This document shows positions 49,499 through 61,173 of a stretch of 64,000 bases of DNA, piece after piece. A model generated the notes under the pieces. That model saw nothing but the letters and a program-made list of their open reading frames with translations, did no database searches and was not told the origin of the DNA. Each line of letters begins with the position of its first letter. The first letter of the stretch is position 1. Both the position numbers and the translations under genes were made by a program. Source of the DNA: Candidatus Eiseniibacteriota bacterium (GTDB lineage: Bacteria > Eisenbacteria > RBG-16-71-46 > SZUA-252); the NCBI GenBank assembly GCA_963703225.1, contig OY969801.1, positions 160,001 to 224,000 on the forward strand, read 5' to 3'.

Positions 49499-51083
49499 GC
49501 GCTCGCTACGACGCGATCATCATCGGCGGCGGGCACAACGGCCTCGTCGCCGCGGCGTACCTGGCGCGCGCGGGCCGCACGCACGCTGGTGCTCGAGCAG
49601 CGGCCCGCTCGTCGGCGGCGCGGCCGTGACCGAGGAGGTCTTCCCGGGCTTCAAGTTCTCGGTCTTCTCCTACGTGGTGAGCCTGCTCCGGCCCGAGATC
49701 ATCCGCGACCTCGACCTGCCGCGGCACGGCCTCCAGATCCTGCCGCTCGAGAGCACGGTCACGCCGCTCGACAACGGCGACTACCTGGCCTCCTGGGCCG
49801 ATCCCGACGAGACGCGCCGCGAGCTGTGCCGCCATTCGCCGCGCGACGCCGACGCCGCCGTCCGTCTTCGGCCGGCTGATGCACCACATGGCGATGGCGG
49901 TGAAGCCGATCCTCGGCATGGTGCCGCCCGATCCCACGTCGCTCTCGCCGGCGGACCTCGCGGGGCTGCTCAAGCTGGGCGGCCACTTCCGCTCGCTCGG
50001 CGCCGAGCGCTTCCACGCGCTCCACAAGCTGATGACCATGAGCAGCGCGGACTACCTCGACGAGTGGTTCGAGTTCGATCCGCTCAAGGCGACGCAAGTC
50101 GGCGAGCGGCATCATCGGCACGTTCCTGGGGCCGCGCTCGCCCGGCTCGGCCTACGTGCTGCTCCACCACTACATGGGCGAGATCGACGGCGCGTTCCGC
50201 GCGTGGGGGTTCCAGAAGGGCGGCACCGGCGCGATCAGCGACGCCATCGCGCGGCGCGGCGCGCGCGCACGGCGCCGAGATCCGCACCGACGCGGCGGTC
50301 GAGCGGGTGATCGTGCAGGACGGCCGCGCCACCGGCGTGGCGCTCGACGAGCGGCGAGGAGATCGCGGCGAGCATCGTGGTCTCGGGGCTCGATCCGCGG
50401 CTCACGTTCACCCGGCTCGTCGATCCGAAGGAGCTTCCCGGCGACCGTGGTCGAGGGCGTGCGCCGGTACAAGTTCCGCGGCTCGTCGGGGAAGGTGAAC
50501 CTCGCGCTCTCGGGGCTGCCCAACTTCACCTGCCTGCCGGGCGAGGGGCCGCACCTGCGCGGCGCGATCTCGATCAGCCCGAGCCTCGAGTACCTCGAGC
50601 GCGCCTACGACGACGCCAAGTACGGCGAGTTCTCGCAGCATCCCTACATGGACATCGTGATCCCATCGATGATCGATCCCGACATGGCGCCGCCCGGCAA
50701 GCACGTGATGAGCATCTTCGTCCAGTACGCGCCGTATCACGTTGAACGGCGGCTGGACCGACGCGAAGCGCGAGGCGTTCGGCGACGCGGTGGTCAAGAC
50801 GCTGGCGCGCTACGCGCCCAACATCGAATCGCTGATCCTCCACCGCCAGGTGATCACCCCGCACGACATCGAGCGGATGACCGGCCTCTCGGAGGGGAAC
50901 ATCTTCCAGGGCGAGCTGGCGCTCCAGCAGCTCTTCTTCCTGCGCCCGGTTCCGGAGTGGGCGAAGTACCGGACGCCGATCCGCGGCTACTGGCAGTGCG
51001 GCGCGGGGACGCATCCGGGCGGCGGCATCATGGGCGCCTCCGGCCGGCTCGCGGCGCTCGAGATCTTGAAGGCGACGGCGTGA
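49495..51083 (+). CDS. Phytoene-desaturase-like FAD oxidoreductase (PYROXD2-like) A; several apparent frameshifts
   Basis: IIIGGGHNGLVAAAYLARAG, FSYVVSLLRPEII, AYVLLHHYMGE, ERAYDDAKYG, APPGKHVMS..VQYAPY, GNIFQGEL, GAGTHPGGGIMGASG. Confidence 0.85.
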
Positions 51084-51120
51084 CGCGGAGCGCGCGAGGC
51101 ATGGCCCGCAGAGGGGCTCG

Positions 51121-52725
51121 ATGAGCGGCGCGGCCTTCGACGTCGTCGTGATCGGCGGCGGAGCCAACGGCCTCGTGGCCGCGACTCGCCTGGGCAAGGC
51201 GGGGCTTCGCGTGCTCCTCCTCGAGGGCGGCGAATCGCTCGGCGGCCAGGGCCGTGTGGTCGAGTTCGCGCCCGGCTTCCGCGCCGCGCCGCTCGGCACC
51301 GATCCAGGCTGGCTCCCGCCCTCGATCGCACGCGGGCTTGGCCTTGAGGGCTTCGAGCGCGGCGTCCGTCGATCCCGCGGTCACCGTGATCACCGAATCG
51401 GGCGCGGCACTCACCCTCCCGTGCGACGCGAAGAGGGCCGCGGAGGCGATCCGACCCCACTCGGCGGCTGACGCGGCCAAGTGGCCCGAGTTCACCGCGC
51501 GACTTCGCGCGCTCGCGGGATTCCTCGAGACGCTCTACCAGACGCCGGCGCCCGACGTCGACGCTTCCTCGCCGGACGAGCTCCTCGCGATGCTCGCAGC
51601 TCGGCCGGAAGTACCGCGCCCTCGGCCACGTGAACATGATCGAGTTCCTGCGCACGCTGCCGCTCTCGGTCTGGGAGCTGCTCGACGATTGGTTCGAGTC
51701 CGGCTCGCTCAAGGCCGCGGTGGCGCCCGGTGGCATTCAGGATCACCAGCAAGGGCCGCGGTCGGGAGGAACTGGATTCGTTCTGCTTCATCACCTCGTC
51801 GGCGCGCCGGCGGGCTCGGTGCGCGGGCGGGTGCCCTGGCGCCAAGGCCCCGGCGCCTTCACGGCCGCCGCGGAGCGCGCGGCGCGCGCGGCCCGCGTGA
51901 CGATTCGAACGGGCGCCTCGGTCGTCCGGGTCCAGGTCCAGGACGACGCGGTCGCGGGTGTGGTGCTTCAGGGTGGGGAAGAGATCGCCGCCTGCTACGT
52001 TCTCTCGACCGCGAATCCTGCGCGCACGATGCTCGAATGGATCGACCCGGTCTGGCTCGATCCCGAGTTCATGGCCGCGATCGGGAACATCCGCTTCCGC
52101 GGCTGCACCGCGATCGTGTGCTACGCGCTCGACGCGCTCCCCGCGGTGCGCGGGATCGCATCGGCGGACGCGCTCGCGGGCACCGTGTCGCTGACCCCAA
52201 GCGTCGTCGCGCTGGAGAAGGCGGCCGATGCGGCCAAGTACGGCACGGTCTCCGAGCGGCCGCACGTGGAGTTCACGGTTCCAAGCGGAATCTGGCCCGA
52301 TCTGGCCCCCCAGGGGAAGCACGTCCTGGTCGCGCGCGCCCAGTACGCGCCGTACCGGCTGCGCGATGGGACGTCGTGGGATGACGCCAGGCGGGAGGCG
52401 CTCGCGGACGTCGTTACCGCGGCGATCGAAGCAGCCGCGCCGGGATTCCGCTCCCGCGTGCTCCATCGGGTCGCGTGGTCGCCGCTCGATCTCGAGACGC
52501 AATTCGGATTGCGCGAAGGGGCGGCTTCCCAGGGCGAGCTGGGGCTGGATCAGATACTCTTCATGCGGCCGGTCGCCGGGCTGGGGACGCCACTCCACGC
52601 CGATCGCTGGCCTCTACCTGGGCGGCGCTGGGTCCCACCCCGGACCGGGCGTGCTCGGCGGCGCGGGATGGCTCGCCGCCATGCGCCTCATCGACGACCG
52701 GAAGCGAAGCCAGAGGATCTCGTGA
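51121..52725 (+). CDS. Phytoene-desaturase-like FAD oxidoreductase (PYROXD2-like) B; apparent frameshifts ~51360, ~51600, ~52583
   Basis: VVIGGGANGLVAA, QGPRSGGTGFVLLHH, EKAADAAKYG, QYAPY, GELGLDQ..FMRP, GAGSHPGPG; paralog of A. Confidence 0.83.
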
Positions 52726-53846
52726 CCACGTTTCGCGCCACCACGACAAGCTACAAACCCGGCGCCCGGACGATGCCGCGGGAGTACTACACCTCGCCGG
52801 ACATTCTGGCCGAGGAGCGGGAGCGCCTCTTCGCGCGCTCGTGGCACTGCGTGGGCCGCGCGGCACGGCTGGCGCAGCCGGGCGACTACTTCCTCCGCGA
52901 TATCGCCGGCGAGTCGATCATCGTGCTGCGCGACCGAGAGGGGATGCTCCGCGCGCACTTCAACGTTTGCCGCCACCGCGGCACCCGCATCTGCCGGGAG
53001 GAATCCGGGCGTTTCGGCGAAACCATCCAGTGCCCCTACCACGCATGGACCTACAAGACAAACGGCAAGCTCGTCGGCGCGCCGCACATGCAGGACGTGG
53101 AAGGCTTCCAGACGGCGGACTATCCGCTTCACGCCGCGGCGATCGCGGAGTGGGAGGGATTCCTGTTCGTCAACGTGGCGGAGAAGCCCGAGCCGTTCGA
53201 CGCCGCGTGGACGCCGATGAAAGGCCGCCTCGCGCGCTACGGACTATCCAACCTGGCGGTCGGGCACCGCGTGATCTACGACGTGAAAGCCAACTGGAAG
53301 CTCGTGTTCCAGAACTATTCCGAGTGCCTCCACTGCCCGACGATCCATCCGAAGCTGGCGTCGGTGCTTCCGTACCAAAGCGGCGCCAACGACCTCACGG
53401 AAGGGCCGTTCCTCGGCGGCTACATGGAGATCAAGGCGCCCAACGAAAGCGCCACGATGAGCGGTCGCGCGTGCGGGCACCTCGTGAGTGGGGAGCTGCC
53501 GGCGGACGACCGGCACCGCGCCTTCTACTACTCGCATCATGCCGAACCTGCTGCTCAGCCTTCACCCCGACTACGTGAACTTCTACCTCGTTCGACCAAC
53601 CGCTGTCGATCGCACGGAAGTCGAATCGGAGTGGCTCTTCCACCCCGACACGCTCGCCGACCCGAAGAGCAACATCAAGGACGCGATCGAATTCTGGGAC
53701 GTCACCAACCGCCAGGACTGGGACATCGTGGAGCGGAGCCAGCTCGGGATCTCCTCCCGCCGCTACGCCCCGGGCCCTATTCTGCTCGCGAGAGCATTCC
53801 CGCCGCCTGGGATCGGGAGTACCTCAAGCAGATGGGGCGGGGCTAG
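52722..53846 (+). CDS. Rieske non-heme iron oxygenase alpha subunit (GbcA/CntA/Stc2-like); indels ~53535, ~53770
   Basis: NVCRHRG...CPYHAWTY Rieske motif; ANWKL..NYSECLHCPTIHP; FWDVTNRQDWDIVE; GTGA overlap with the upstream gene. Confidence 0.9.
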   Translation: MTTFRATTTSYKPGARTMPREYYTSPDILAEERERLFARSWHCVGRAARLAQPGDYFLRDIAGESIIVLRDREGMLRAHFNVCRHRGTRICREESGRFGETIQCPYHAWTYKTNGKLVGAPHMQDVEGFQTADYPLHAAAIAEWEGFLFVNVAEKPEPFDAAWTPMKGRLARYGLSNLAVGHRVIYDVKANWKLVFQNYSECLHCPTIHPKLASVLPYQSGANDLTEGPFLGGYMEIKAPNESATMSGRACGHLVSGELPADDRHRAFYYSHHAEPAAQPSPRLRELLPRSTNRCRSHGSRIGVALPPRHARRPEEQHQGRDRILGRHQPPGLGHRGAEPARDLLPPLRPGPYSARESIPAAWDREYLKQMGRG

Positions 53847-54091
53847 CCTGCCACCGGGTCGTCACTTAGGACTCAACTTCCCAGCCCGCAGGGTGTAGGC
53901 TTGTCTCGGCTTCGCGCGCGCCTGGAGGGCGCGGGCGATCCGGGGTCAGGCGCAGCCGGGCGTCGAGCCTCCCACCAAGGAAGGTGTACCGACGAGCGCA
54001 CTCACGGCCGTCCGTGGGCCGGGCCTCGTCCTCCAACTAGCTAGGGATTGGAGTCGGTTGCCCACCTGACGGTAGGGGAAGGGGGTCTTCC

Positions 54092-55078
54092 ATGAATCTC
54101 TCGCGCCTTTCATTCGTTACCGGCCTGATTCTTCTGGCGGTCGCGCTCGGGGTGGGGACGGCTGGCGCCAACTTGGCCCCCACGGCGAGCGTAGGCGGAC
54201 CGTACTCGAGCAGCCCCGGGAAGCAGATCTACCTCGATGCGTCCGCCTCGACGGATCCGGACGGCGACGCTCTCAGCTATCGCTGGGACTTCGGCGACGG
54301 AGTCACAGGCACAGGGGCGGAGGTCGTGCACACGTTCGCGGCGCCGGGGGTCTATCAGGTGAAGCTCCGCGTGACCGATCCCGGGGCCCTGTTCAGCGAC
54401 GCCATCACGACCGCCACGATCCGGGATCACGTCGACGCGACCGCGTTCTTTGCCTTTGGAATCAACCTCATTCTCCCGCAGGCACTGCCCGCGTGGATCT
54501 ACCTGCAGCCGACTGCTGGATCGTTCAACGCCCGCGATGCGCTGGTGAGCGCGCTCGAGCTCAGCTACAACGGTCAAACGATCCCGGCGCGCGGCAAGAA
54601 CCGGATTGGGAGTGACGTGAACCGGGACGGCGTGGAGGAGATCCAGGCGTCCTTCCGGCCCGGCGAACTCAGGACCTTGTTCCAGACCATTCCGAACGGC
54701 ATCACAAACGTCAACGTGTCGCTCCAGGTCCAGCTGGCCAGCGGCGAGAAAGCCATGGGCACCGCCGGCGCCAGCATCGTGAAGTTTAGCTGGCTCAATG
54801 GGCGCTCGTTGTCGCACGTCGCGCCGAACCCGCTCAACCCCGAGGCCACGCTCTCGTTCGTGACGATGAGTTCCGGGGCCACCTCGATTCAGCTGTTCGA
54901 CATCCGCGGGCGCATGGTTCGGACCCTCCTGCCGTCCCAGTACATGGAGGCCGGTCTACACGAGGTAATGATCGACGGGCGTAACGATCAGGGAAACAAG
55001 CTCGCGTCCGGCGTCTATTACTACCGCGTTCAGTCGGCCGACGGAGTCATGAAGGGCAATGTCGCGATCTTGAAGTAG
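54092..55078 (+). CDS. Secreted PKD-domain protein with FlgD-like (T9SS-type) C-terminal domain
   Basis: Signal peptide; DASASTDPDGD.L.YRWDFGDG; CTD APNPLNP...FDIRGRMVRTL...DGRN..G..LASGVYYYRV. Confidence 0.85.
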   Translation: MNLSRLSFVTGLILLAVALGVGTAGANLAPTASVGGPYSSSPGKQIYLDASASTDPDGDALSYRWDFGDGVTGTGAEVVHTFAAPGVYQVKLRVTDPGALFSDAITTATIRDHVDATAFFAFGINLILPQALPAWIYLQPTAGSFNARDALVSALELSYNGQTIPARGKNRIGSDVNRDGVEEIQASFRPGELRTLFQTIPNGITNVNVSLQVQLASGEKAMGTAGASIVKFSWLNGRSLSHVAPNPLNPEATLSFVTMSSGATSIQLFDIRGRMVRTLLPSQYMEAGLHEVMIDGRNDQGNKLASGVYYYRVQSADGVMKGNVAILK

Positions 55079-55247
55079 CGCCAAGGCTGGACTGGGCCCG
55101 GCGGCCGCCGCCGGGGCTCGAATGCCATTTGGACAAGGGCCAGGCACGGGCGGGTGACCGCTCGCCGGGCCCGCATTTTATCCCTCCGCCCCTATGCCCC
55201 TGCGCCACTTCAATCTAAGCGCTCGCGGCGCCGCCGCGCCGAGAGTC

Positions 55248-55262
55248 CGGCACGGCGATTGC
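55248..55262 (+). promoter_or_regulatory. Sigma-54 (-24/-12) promoter of groESL
   Basis: CGGCAC-GGCGA-TTGC: GG at 55249-55250, GC at 55261-55262; matches YGGCAC-N5-TTGC. Confidence 0.65.
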
Positions 55263-55350
55263 GGCATCTAACACTGGAAGCAGGGCTTAGGCAGGGTCCT
55301 TTGCCCAAATGTCACGCAGTCGCACACACCAGGAAGGGAGTCGAACAAAC

Positions 55351-55644
55351 ATGAACGTGAAGCCACTGGCTGACCGCATCCTCGTCCGCCGTCTCGAGGA
55401 AGCCGAGACGAAGCGTGGTGGGATCATCATTCCCGACACCGCCAAGGAAAAGCCGCAGCAGGCGGAGGTCGTCGCGGTGGGTCCCGGTCGCTTTGAGGAC
55501 GGAAAGCGCATCCCGCTCGACGTCAAGAAGGGCGACAAGATCCTCATGGGCAAGTACTCCGGCACCGAGGTCAAGATCGACGGCAACGACTATTTGATCA
55601 TGAGCGAGAGCGAAGTTCTCGCCATCGTCGGCGAATCGAAGTAA
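55351..55644 (+). CDS. groES: Co-chaperonin GroES
   Basis: [37 protein letters not shown]. Confidence 0.97.
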   Translation: MNVKPLADRILVRRLEEAETKRGGIIIPDTAKEKPQQAEVVAVGPGRFEDGKRIPLDVKKGDKILMGKYSGTEVKIDGNDYLIMSESEVLAIVGESK

Positions 55645-55671
55645 CGGACGAGTCTTCAATCAAAGGAGTGA

Positions 55672-57315
<1,644 letters not shown>

Positions 57316-57373
57316 ACGTCAGTACGCCGGATGACCGCGGCAGCTTCGCGGGCCCGGCGGTTATTGAAGCGCA

Positions 57374-57411
57374 GAGGGGGCGGGATCGCAAGATCCCGCC
57401 CCTCGTCTTTT
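57374..57411 (+). terminator. Rho-independent terminator of groESL
   Basis: Stem GGGGCGGGATC-GCAA-GATCCCGCCCC followed by TCGTCTTTT. Confidence 0.85.
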
Positions 57412-57451
57412 GTCCGACATCGGGGCTCATCCGATTGTGGGTGAAGCCTTC

Positions 57452-57652
57452 CTAGTCCTCGGGAGAGGCGGCTGTATCGGTCGCCTTTCGCAACTCCCGG
57501 TAGGCCTCGGCGACATCGGCGAGCGATCGGAGGCGTGCCACTCGCTCCTCGAGCGCGGGTTCTCGCTCGCACAGGCCTTGCCAGTCCACGGGCATGCCGT
57601 CCGCCAAAGCTTCCGCCACGCTCAGCAGGGTCGAATCGGGATCTTCTTTCAT
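57452..57652 (-). CDS. 66-aa protein, putative anti-sigma-like partner of the ECF
   Basis: ATGA-coupled to the ECF gene; LLSVAEALADGMPVDW resembles, from recall, the N-terminal segment of ECF-associated Ser/Thr kinases. Confidence 0.65.
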   Translation of the reverse strand: MKEDPDSTLLSVAEALADGMPVDWQGLCEREPALEERVARLRSLADVAEAYRELRKATDTAASPED

Positions 57653-58242
57653 GACAAACCTCGCATGTCATCGGCAAGATGGACGAGCCCGCGCGCCACC
57701 AGCATTCGCGCGGCGTTGCCCGACGGAAGGTCCAGTGCATCGGCGATCTCACGGTACCTCAATCCGAGCTCCAGGCGGAGGACGACGGCCTCGCGCTGGG
57801 AAGGGTTGAGCCGCGCCAGGCCCTGCTCATATAGCTCCAGCTTCTCGCGACCGATGAGAGCCTCCAGCGGGGATGGCCCGTCGGAGGTGAGATTGTCGGG
57901 GAGCTCGTCATGTGCCGGTCGGCGGCGGGAACGGCGAGCCTCGTCACGAATCTGGTTGAGAAGGATCTGGCGCAGATAGGCCAGGAAGGCGCCCTCGCCC
58001 CGGTCCTCGAAGTCCTGAAGGTGGGAGAGCGCCCGATAGAGCGTGGATTGGACAAGATCATCGGTGTCGACCAGGTCTCGAGCGGCGTGCGGTAGCCGCC
58101 CGTGAGCCCAGCGGCGTAGGGCGGCGAGGTATCGACCCGCGAGCTTCTCACGAGCGCGATCGTCGCCCGTCCGGATGCGCGCGAGAAGGGCGGCAGTCGA
58201 CGAGTGATTTGACCGTTGTGGCTCCGTGCCAGGGGGAGTCAT
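57649..58242 (-). CDS. ECF RNA polymerase sigma factor (kinase-associated type)
   Basis: GDDRAREKL..RY, DTDDLVQ, FLAYLRQILLNQIRD, REAVVLR..GLRYREIA..L, NAARMLVARG. Confidence 0.9.
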   Translation of the reverse strand: MTPPGTEPQRSNHSSTAALLARIRTGDDRAREKLAGRYLAALRRWAHGRLPHAARDLVDTDDLVQSTLYRALSHLQDFEDRGEGAFLAYLRQILLNQIRDEARRSRRRPAHDELPDNLTSDGPSPLEALIGREKLELYEQGLARLNPSQREAVVLRLELGLRYREIADALDLPSGNAARMLVARGLVHLADDMRGLS

Positions 58243-58249
58243 TGGCGTT

Positions 58250-60466
58250 TTACACCTTCACCTCGGTGATCGCACTCGTGGAGCCTGGAACAAGCCGAAC
58301 CAGCTCGGCGGTCATTTCCTGCGACGTCTGGAATCGATCGCCGGGACTCTTCTCCATCGCACGAACGATGATCTTATGAATCTCGGACGAAAGTCGAGTA
58401 TTGAGGACTCGTGGGTCCGGCGGCGGCTGATTGAGTATCGTGTACATCAACTCATGCGGTAGCTCGTCTTCGAAGGGCCTCCGCCCGGTCGTCATCTCGT
58501 AGAGCAAGATTCCCACTCCGTAGATATCCGTTCGGGCGTCGGCCTCCTCCTGAAGCAGCACCTCCGGAGCCATGTAGGGCAGCGTCCCGACGGCTTGGCC
58601 GGATTCTGTCAGGCTGCGGCTGGTTGTCCTCGAGCTGCTCGCGTCCTGCGTGATGCGGGCGAGTCCAAAGTCGAGGAGCTTGGCCTCGCCGCGAGGCGTC
58701 ACGATCACGTTGTTTGGCTTGATATCACGGTGAATGATCCCGCGCGCGTGGGCCTCGGCGAGGGCCTCCGTGATCTGGACCGCGATCGTGATGGCCTCTC
58801 CCTCCGGGATCGGGCCGCGCCGGAGCCGATCGCTGATCGACATGCCTGGGACAAATTCCATCACGATGAAATCGAGCCCATCCTGAGTATCGAAGTCGTA
58901 GATCCCGGCGACGTGGGGGTGAGTGAACTTGGAGAGTGCGCGAGCCTCGCGCCGAAATCGCCTTCGGTCTCGATCGTCGGCCAGGGCGCCGCCAAGGAGC
59001 ACCTTCACAGCCACCTGTCGGTCGAGCCGCTGATCCTTTCCACGGTAGACGACGCCCATGCCCCCCGCATTGACCCATTCCTCGACGAGGTAATGCGACA
59101 GGGTCCGACCGACCAGAGCTTCCGGGAGAAACTGTTGCTGCACATTGGCGCCTCTGCGAATTTCTTCCTCGCGCTGCTTGGTACGACCCTCCAGGAACAT
59201 GTACCGGTAGCTCTGCGTCGCGGCGTACGCCGCAAGGGGGAGCGCCAGGGCCGCCATGGGGGGCACGTCAAGGCTCCATAGTGCGAGGAACACAAAGTCG
59301 AGCGCGGCGATACCCATCACAGCCGCCGTGGTAATGATCGCTGCGAGAGGAACGGAGGTCACCGCGAAGAGAATCCCCAAGACTAAGGCGAGGCCCGCGA
59401 GGGCGCCGAGGTACGCCGCGTTCGACGGGCGCGCCAAGAACCGACCTCGCAGAAGATTGTCCAACACGTTGGCGTGAACATAGAGGAGCGGCGTGGCTGT
59501 GGAGAACGGCGTCGTGCCAACGTCCTCGGAAACTTCCTGTCGCGATGCAAGCCCTACAAGGACAAGGCGCCCCTCGAACGCGTCGCGGATGCGCTTCACG
59601 TCCTCGGACTGTTTCCACTGGAGCACCTGGAGCATGGAGTAGGTGTTGGGAAACGCGTCTCGGTCGCCGGCGTAGTCGATGGAGGTAGCTCCCTCGCCGT
59701 CCATCGGGATGAACAACTCGCGCGCCCGCGTCGAGCGCACCTTGATACCGCCGCCCACCGAGCGGACCCCCTGGAAGTGAGGCTCACCCCATGAGAGGCC
59801 AAGAAGGCAGAGACTCAGTGCCGGATAGACGCGGTCGCCATAGCGGATCACCATCGGAAGTCGCCGAATCGATCCATCTCGATCCACTGCGACGGCGATG
59901 TGTCCCATGACTCTCGATTCGGAGACAAGATCGTCGTAGGGAAGAGATACGCTTCCAGCCGCGGCCCCGGTTACGCCCTCCGCTATGACGCCGTGACGGG
60001 TGAGGGCGTCCAGCACTTCTGCGGATCGCGGCGTCGCATCCTGGGTCTCCGCTCCCTCCGCGTGAAACCAAATGGATTGGACCACGTTATCCTGGCTTCC
60101 CGAGACATGCGCGAGCAGAAGGTTGTGTTGCGGATCCTGTTGAGCATCCTCGGGAAACTGCAAATCCATCCCGATCGCGGTCGCGCCGCCTTCCTCGAGC
60201 GCGTCGATGAGGAGGGCATACGTTTCGCGGGGCAATGGCCAAGCGCGATAGGCCTGGATTGTCGTGTCGTCGACGGTGACGAGCGCGATCTGATCGGGCG
60301 CCGGGCGCTCCCCACGAAGGCGAAACCGCCAATCGAGGAGCTTCAGGTCGAAGGCGTGGAACGCGCCCCATAGGTACAGCCCAGCGATCACCAGCCAGCA
60401 GAGCAGCGCGATTGCGGCGCCGTGGGTGATCTGGATGCGTCTCGCTCTCGACTCGGTAAGGGCCAA
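58250..60466 (-). CDS. CHASE2-sensor Hanks-type Ser/Thr protein kinase
   Basis: CHASE2: LDWRFRLRG, VTVDD, WPLPR, DRDGSIRR, HANVLDNLL; 3 TMs; kinase GGMGVVY, VAVK, HRDIKPNN, DFG, GTLPYMAPE. Confidence 0.93.
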   Translation of the reverse strand: MALTESRARRIQITHGAAIALLCWLVIAGLYLWGAFHAFDLKLLDWRFRLRGERPAPDQIALVTVDDTTIQAYRAWPLPRETYALLIDALEEGGATAIGMDLQFPEDAQQDPQHNLLLAHVSGSQDNVVQSIWFHAEGAETQDATPRSAEVLDALTRHGVIAEGVTGAAAGSVSLPYDDLVSESRVMGHIAVAVDRDGSIRRLPMVIRYGDRVYPALSLCLLGLSWGEPHFQGVRSVGGGIKVRSTRARELFIPMDGEGATSIDYAGDRDAFPNTYSMLQVLQWKQSEDVKRIRDAFEGRLVLVGLASRQEVSEDVGTTPFSTATPLLYVHANVLDNLLRGRFLARPSNAAYLGALAGLALVLGILFAVTSVPLAAIITTAAVMGIAALDFVFLALWSLDVPPMAALALPLAAYAATQSYRYMFLEGRTKQREEEIRRGANVQQQFLPEALVGRTLSHYLVEEWVNAGGMGVVYRGKDQRLDRQVAVKVLLGGALADDRDRRRFRREARALSKFTHPHVAGIYDFDTQDGLDFIVMEFVPGMSISDRLRRGPIPEGEAITIAVQITEALAEAHARGIIHRDIKPNNVIVTPRGEAKLLDFGLARITQDASSSRTTSRSLTESGQAVGTLPYMAPEVLLQEEADARTDIYGVGILLYEMTTGRRPFEDELPHELMYTILNQPPPDPRVLNTRLSSEIHKIIVRAMEKSPGDRFQTSQEMTAELVRLVPGSTSAITEVKV

Positions 60467-60474
60467 GTTCGCCT

Positions 60475-61173
60475 CTAACGCTTCCAGTAGACCAGCGTGG
60501 CGGAGGCCTCACTGTCGCCGGCCCGCGGCCCTGCGGACCGCCAGACTGGAGCTCGCTTCTTGGCTCGCGCGGCGCGCGCAGCGGCGGAGGTGTCCGTGGG
60601 CGCAGCGATCTTCGTCGAGTCCGACGGGACGTGACCCGACGCGGCCCGGAGGAGCGCAAGGATCTCGTCCTTGTTGAGGTAGGCCTTCTCCGCGCCCTTT
60701 GCCATTTCCGCATCGGTCCCGTCGTAACGCAACCCGAGAAGCGCGGCGGCGGCGAGCGCTCCGCCCGCCATCTTGACCCCGAGGCTCGCCCGGGCCTCGG
60801 CGGCCTCCACGTCACCAAGCAGGAGGAGCGCCGTCGCCTGGTTCAAGACGATCCCCGCGTCGGTGCTGTCGGAGGCGCGCGCCTGAGCGTAAAAGCTGAG
60901 CGCCACCTCCGTCTCGCCATGCAGCAGATGCAGGTTTCCAAGATTTGCATACGCCCGAGCGTCTCGGGGCGAATGAGAGAGCAGCGATATGAATACCGAT
61001 TCGGCTCGGGCCATCTCTCCGGAGAATGCCAACGCGATCCCCAACTCGCACTCGTTGGAGAGGGAATCGTCATCGGCATAGGAGAGTGAACTTGCCGCAA
61101 CCATCGCGGCGACAGTCAGCGCGAGACACGCTCCGGCGATCGCGCCCCGCGCCCACCCGCTGCGAGATCTCAT
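60475..61173 (-). CDS. Exported TPR protein with conserved C-terminal ...LVYWKR domain
   Basis: GGAGG SD and ATGA overlap at 61170-61173; signal peptide; TPR AYANLGNLHL..G..EVAL.FY.QA. Confidence 0.75.
   Translation of the reverse strand: MRSRSGWARGAIAGACLALTVAAMVAASSLSYADDDSLSNECELGIALAFSGEMARAESVFISLLSHSPRDARAYANLGNLHLLHGETEVALSFYAQARASDSTDAGIVLNQATALLLLGDVEAAEARASLGVKMAGGALAAAALLGLRYDGTDAEMAKGAEKAYLNKDEILALLRAASGHVPSDSTKIAAPTDTSAAARAARAKKRAPVWRSAGPRAGDSEASATLVYWKR

Noticed and set aside
49495..52725. Carotenoid biosynthesis (crtI) or glycine cleavage system
   Set aside because: No crtB/crtE or gcvH/gcvP nearby; motifs fit the PYROXD2-like subgroup and a stand-alone GcvT-like protein.
51630..53846. 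738-aa flavoprotein-Rieske fusion in the ORF track
   Set aside because: An indel near 52583 bypasses the conserved GLYLGGAGSHPG C-terminus, which ends at 52725 and overlaps the Rieske GTG at 52722. These are two genes.
53847..54091. Possible riboswitch/ncRNA in a 245-nt intergenic region with small hairpins (CTCCAA...TTGGAG)
   Set aside because: No recognisable family motif, and hairpins are expected at this GC content. An Infernal/Rfam scan would settle it.
55079..55350. CIRCE element upstream of groES
   Set aside because: No TTAGCACTC-N9-GAGTGCTAA match.
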